DNA from: Asterias rubens
Taxonomy: Eukaryota
DNA length: 64,000 nucleotides
NCBI RefSeq assembly: GCF_902459465.1
Contig: NC_047083.1
Location: 124,001 to 188,000, forward strand
Direction of reading: 5' to 3'
The first letter of the stretch is position 1, and the number at the start of each line of letters is the position of its first letter. The position numbers and the translations under genes were made by a program. Shown here one piece after another: positions 61,601 through 64,000 of the stretch. The notes under the pieces are model-generated. The model searched no databases and was not told the origin of the DNA. It worked only from the letters and a program-made list of their open reading frames with translations.

Positions 61601-63351
61601 CCAATATTTGACTCTGGGAAGCGTTATACTGCAGTAATGCTTCATGTAAGATCAGTTTTAATACCCCAATATTTGACTCTGGGAAGCGTTATACTGCAGT
61701 AATGCTTCTTAGATTGGTATTCATTTTCTGACTAATTCTTCCTGCATGAAACACTGACCTCTTCTTGTCTTTGACGCTCTTGCTCCTCTTCCTGCCTCCT
61801 TTGTTCTTCTTCTTCTTCTTGTGCTCTGGCTGCAGCTGCTTCTTCCTCCTGTTAACAATCAAGAATAATAATAGTAATAATGATACAGGCCTGGAATGAC
61901 ATGCAGGCCACAGAGGCAATGCCCTCTGTTCCCCCTGGTCTTGGCCTTGGTGCCCCTACAAAAGTTATTTTAATGCATTATTGGGTTTCTACCGGTGGTT
62001 TAAACAAACATAAAGACAACAAATTAAAATGATTAGGTTTGGGGGGAAGTTGACCTGTTTGGTTAATAAATGGAGGCATTAGTGGTTACCATGGATTGGG
62101 GGTAACTATGGATAGATGGTTGCTATGGAATGTTACAATAAATGGATTAAAACTATGGGTACATGGTTGCTATGGATAGGTTGTCATGATGGATAGATGG
62201 TTGCTAAGGAAGGTTACTATAAATGGATTTAACTATGTATACATGGTTGCTATGGATGTGTGGTAACTATGGATAGATGGTTGCTATGGATTGGTGGTAA
62301 CTATGGATAGATGGTTACTATGGATTGGTGGTAACTATGGCTATGTGGTTGCTATGGGTAGGAAGGTACTACAAATATGTCATTGCTCTGGATGGGTGGT
62401 TGCTATGGGTACGGTGGAGATAACTATTTGAAGTTTCTTTGGATCACCTTGCGTCTCTCTTCATCTTCATTATTGTTCTCCTCTTCCTGTTCAATCTCGT
62501 CTCTAGATGGACTGTCAGCCTGTTGACAAGAGTATGACAATGACAATGACAATGACAACAACATAAATGACAAACCTGCAATCAGATGTATTCAAATGTC
62601 AAATGATGATGTAATGACAAAGAGAAAATGGTTATCAAAATGGAAAGATGACAATGTCAATGATATTGAAATAATGACAAAAATGACAATGACAGTGACA
62701 ATTGTAACATTGTATTAGTGGTAAAACAAGGATAATGAAGTCAGCATGTAAGGTATTGCAGCTGCCAAACAAATGATAAAGCATTTACAACCCGTTTATA
62801 AGAAAAATGTGATCAAAGAATGAGATAAAATTAATTTTTGTGACTGTGACAAAGCTAATTTTCCAAGAACAACTTTTATTTTGTATAGAAATATTTTGCA
62901 GTGACACCGTGTTGATAACTCTCTTTCGAGTAGTGGTGGTTCTGAGAAATATCTGAGGGTTCAATGTTTCTGACAGTATACTCTCTCCGTCGTCAGGAGA
63001 CCGATAGAGACAACACTCTTCATCGTCAGGTGATGACAGACGGAGAATGTTGAGCCCTCCGCTTCTTCTCAGAACCACCGTCACTCCAAAAAGATTTATT
63101 TACATGCTATCACTGAAACCATTTTTTTTTTCCTTCAGTGAAGTGGTCGTTGGGAGGGTGTACTCACTTCATCATTTTCTACAACTGGTTCTGGCTCTGG
63201 TTCTGGTTGACGTTCTGGTTCTGGAGCTGGTTCAGGAACTCCCTCCTCTTCTCGTTGTCTTCTTTCTCTTCTTTCTCTCCTCCGTCTCTCAGCGTCTGTC
63301 TCCTCAGTAGGACCATTTGTTTCTATTGTTTCCGATTCACCTGCGTCCAGT
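58625..63351 (-). CDS. TNNI: Troponin I, long invertebrate-type N-terminus (5' end beyond the window)
   Basis: Exons 63168-63351, 62448-62519, 61759-61848, 61203-61310, 60539-60607, 59573-59689, 59095-59316, 58902-58945 and 58625-58685. The core reads GRKMNIKAMMMKKAGQDLQKEK...DLKALCERLHEQLVLAESDKYDLEVEVRDKDLDIDELNRRAMEIKGRFVKPTLKKV, including the TnI inhibitory peptide (G[KR]F.KP.L[KR][KR]V). The first exon seen starts in phase 2, so upstream coding exons are missing. The 3' end may continue through further exons. Confidence 0.92.
61448..61708. repeat. Near-perfect 65-bp tandem repeat x4 in a TnI intron
   Basis: CATGT(A/G)AGATCAGTTTTAATACCCCAATATTTGACTCTGGGAAGCGTTATACTGCAGTAATGCTT starts at 61448, 61513, 61578 and 61643. 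Confidence 0.95.
62085..62410. repeat. Degenerate minisatellite of (G)GTTGCTATGG / GGTAACTATGG motifs in a TnI intron
   Basis: About 15 recurrences of GTT(G/A)CTATGG or GTAACTATGG, spaced about 17-25 bp. Confidence 0.8.
62924..63091. mobile_element. MITE with about 25-bp imperfect TIRs
   Basis: TTTCGAGTAGTGGTGGTTCTGAGAA at left vs TTCTCAGAACCACCGTCACTCCAAAA at right. Related fragments lie near 60715 and 60866. Confidence 0.7.
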
Positions 63352-64000
63352 CTAATTTAAATAATTAATTGACGAGCCAAAATGTAAATGAGGATTTTAG
63401 AATTTCAAAGTTGTTAAGAAGTTTGACGAGTTTCAGTACAGGAAAAAAAAAACACTTTTTGAGATATGGAGGACACTATATGAGTACACTGTTTGGGCGT
63501 AAACAGACAAATTTACCCAAACCTAATAGTATAGTGTCCATTGTATCTCAAATTGGCTTATAGTATGAAAAGAGAAAATGGAATGAAGACCAATTCATTT
63601 CACAACTGTATATTGAATTTCATTATCACAAGAAACAAAAACATGCAAAAATTCAGTGTATATATATATAAATGGAAAGGGAAAGAGCATTCACTTGTAG
63701 TTCTGAACTGTTCTTTTGACCATCACTCAATCACATGCAATTATCCAAAGTAGTAGCACATAATAGACATGTGTATTTTGAGGAACGGAAGATAGAACAA
63801 CGCCAACATTTCAAATACATATTTCAAATAACTTCAAAATTGCGTCCAGGATTTCCAGAATCCTATTCATCAGTTAAAAGTTCAATCACACAAAAATCAT
63901 GCTTCAAAGTGTAAGTTTCACTCATGATTAAATCTTATTAATAAATCAAGAATACATGAAACTGCATGTTAAAATTAGAAACAGAAAGCACAATACACAA

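Noticed and set aside
62785-63084. 99-aa minus-strand ORF inside the TnI gene
   Set aside because: It coincides with a TIR-bounded MITE and is not needed for TnI exon phasing.

Overview
AT-rich animal genomic DNA with many short-exon, intron-rich genes. The repeat families and gene content suggest an echinoderm, probably a sea star; that assignment is an inference. All gene models were assembled by hand from GT/GC-AG junctions and reading-frame phase continuity. From left to right: (1) the 3' end of an unidentified coiled-coil gene (+); (2) a 3.3-kb satellite built from two palindromes; (3) a 26-exon gene (-) encoding tandem calponin-homology (CH) domains plus about 11-12 ankyrin repeats (about 1083 aa), head-to-head with (4) IFTAP/C11orf74/NWC (+); (5) a METTL27-like methyltransferase (+); (6) a small acidic, probably disordered protein gene (+) with an NF-Y/E2F/TATA promoter; and (7) a troponin cluster. 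The cluster holds a troponin T-like gene fused to a C-terminal LIM domain (-), a second troponin T-like paralog (+) divergently oriented to it, and a troponin I gene (-) that runs off the right edge. The troponin cluster is the most notable system: two TnT-like genes next to TnI, a TnT-LIM fusion, and a TnI that appears to lack the canonical C-terminal tail while both TnTs carry a TnI-tail-like motif. MITEs, SINE remnants and local tandem duplications are scattered throughout. No rRNA, true tRNA, CRISPR array or troponin C gene was seen.
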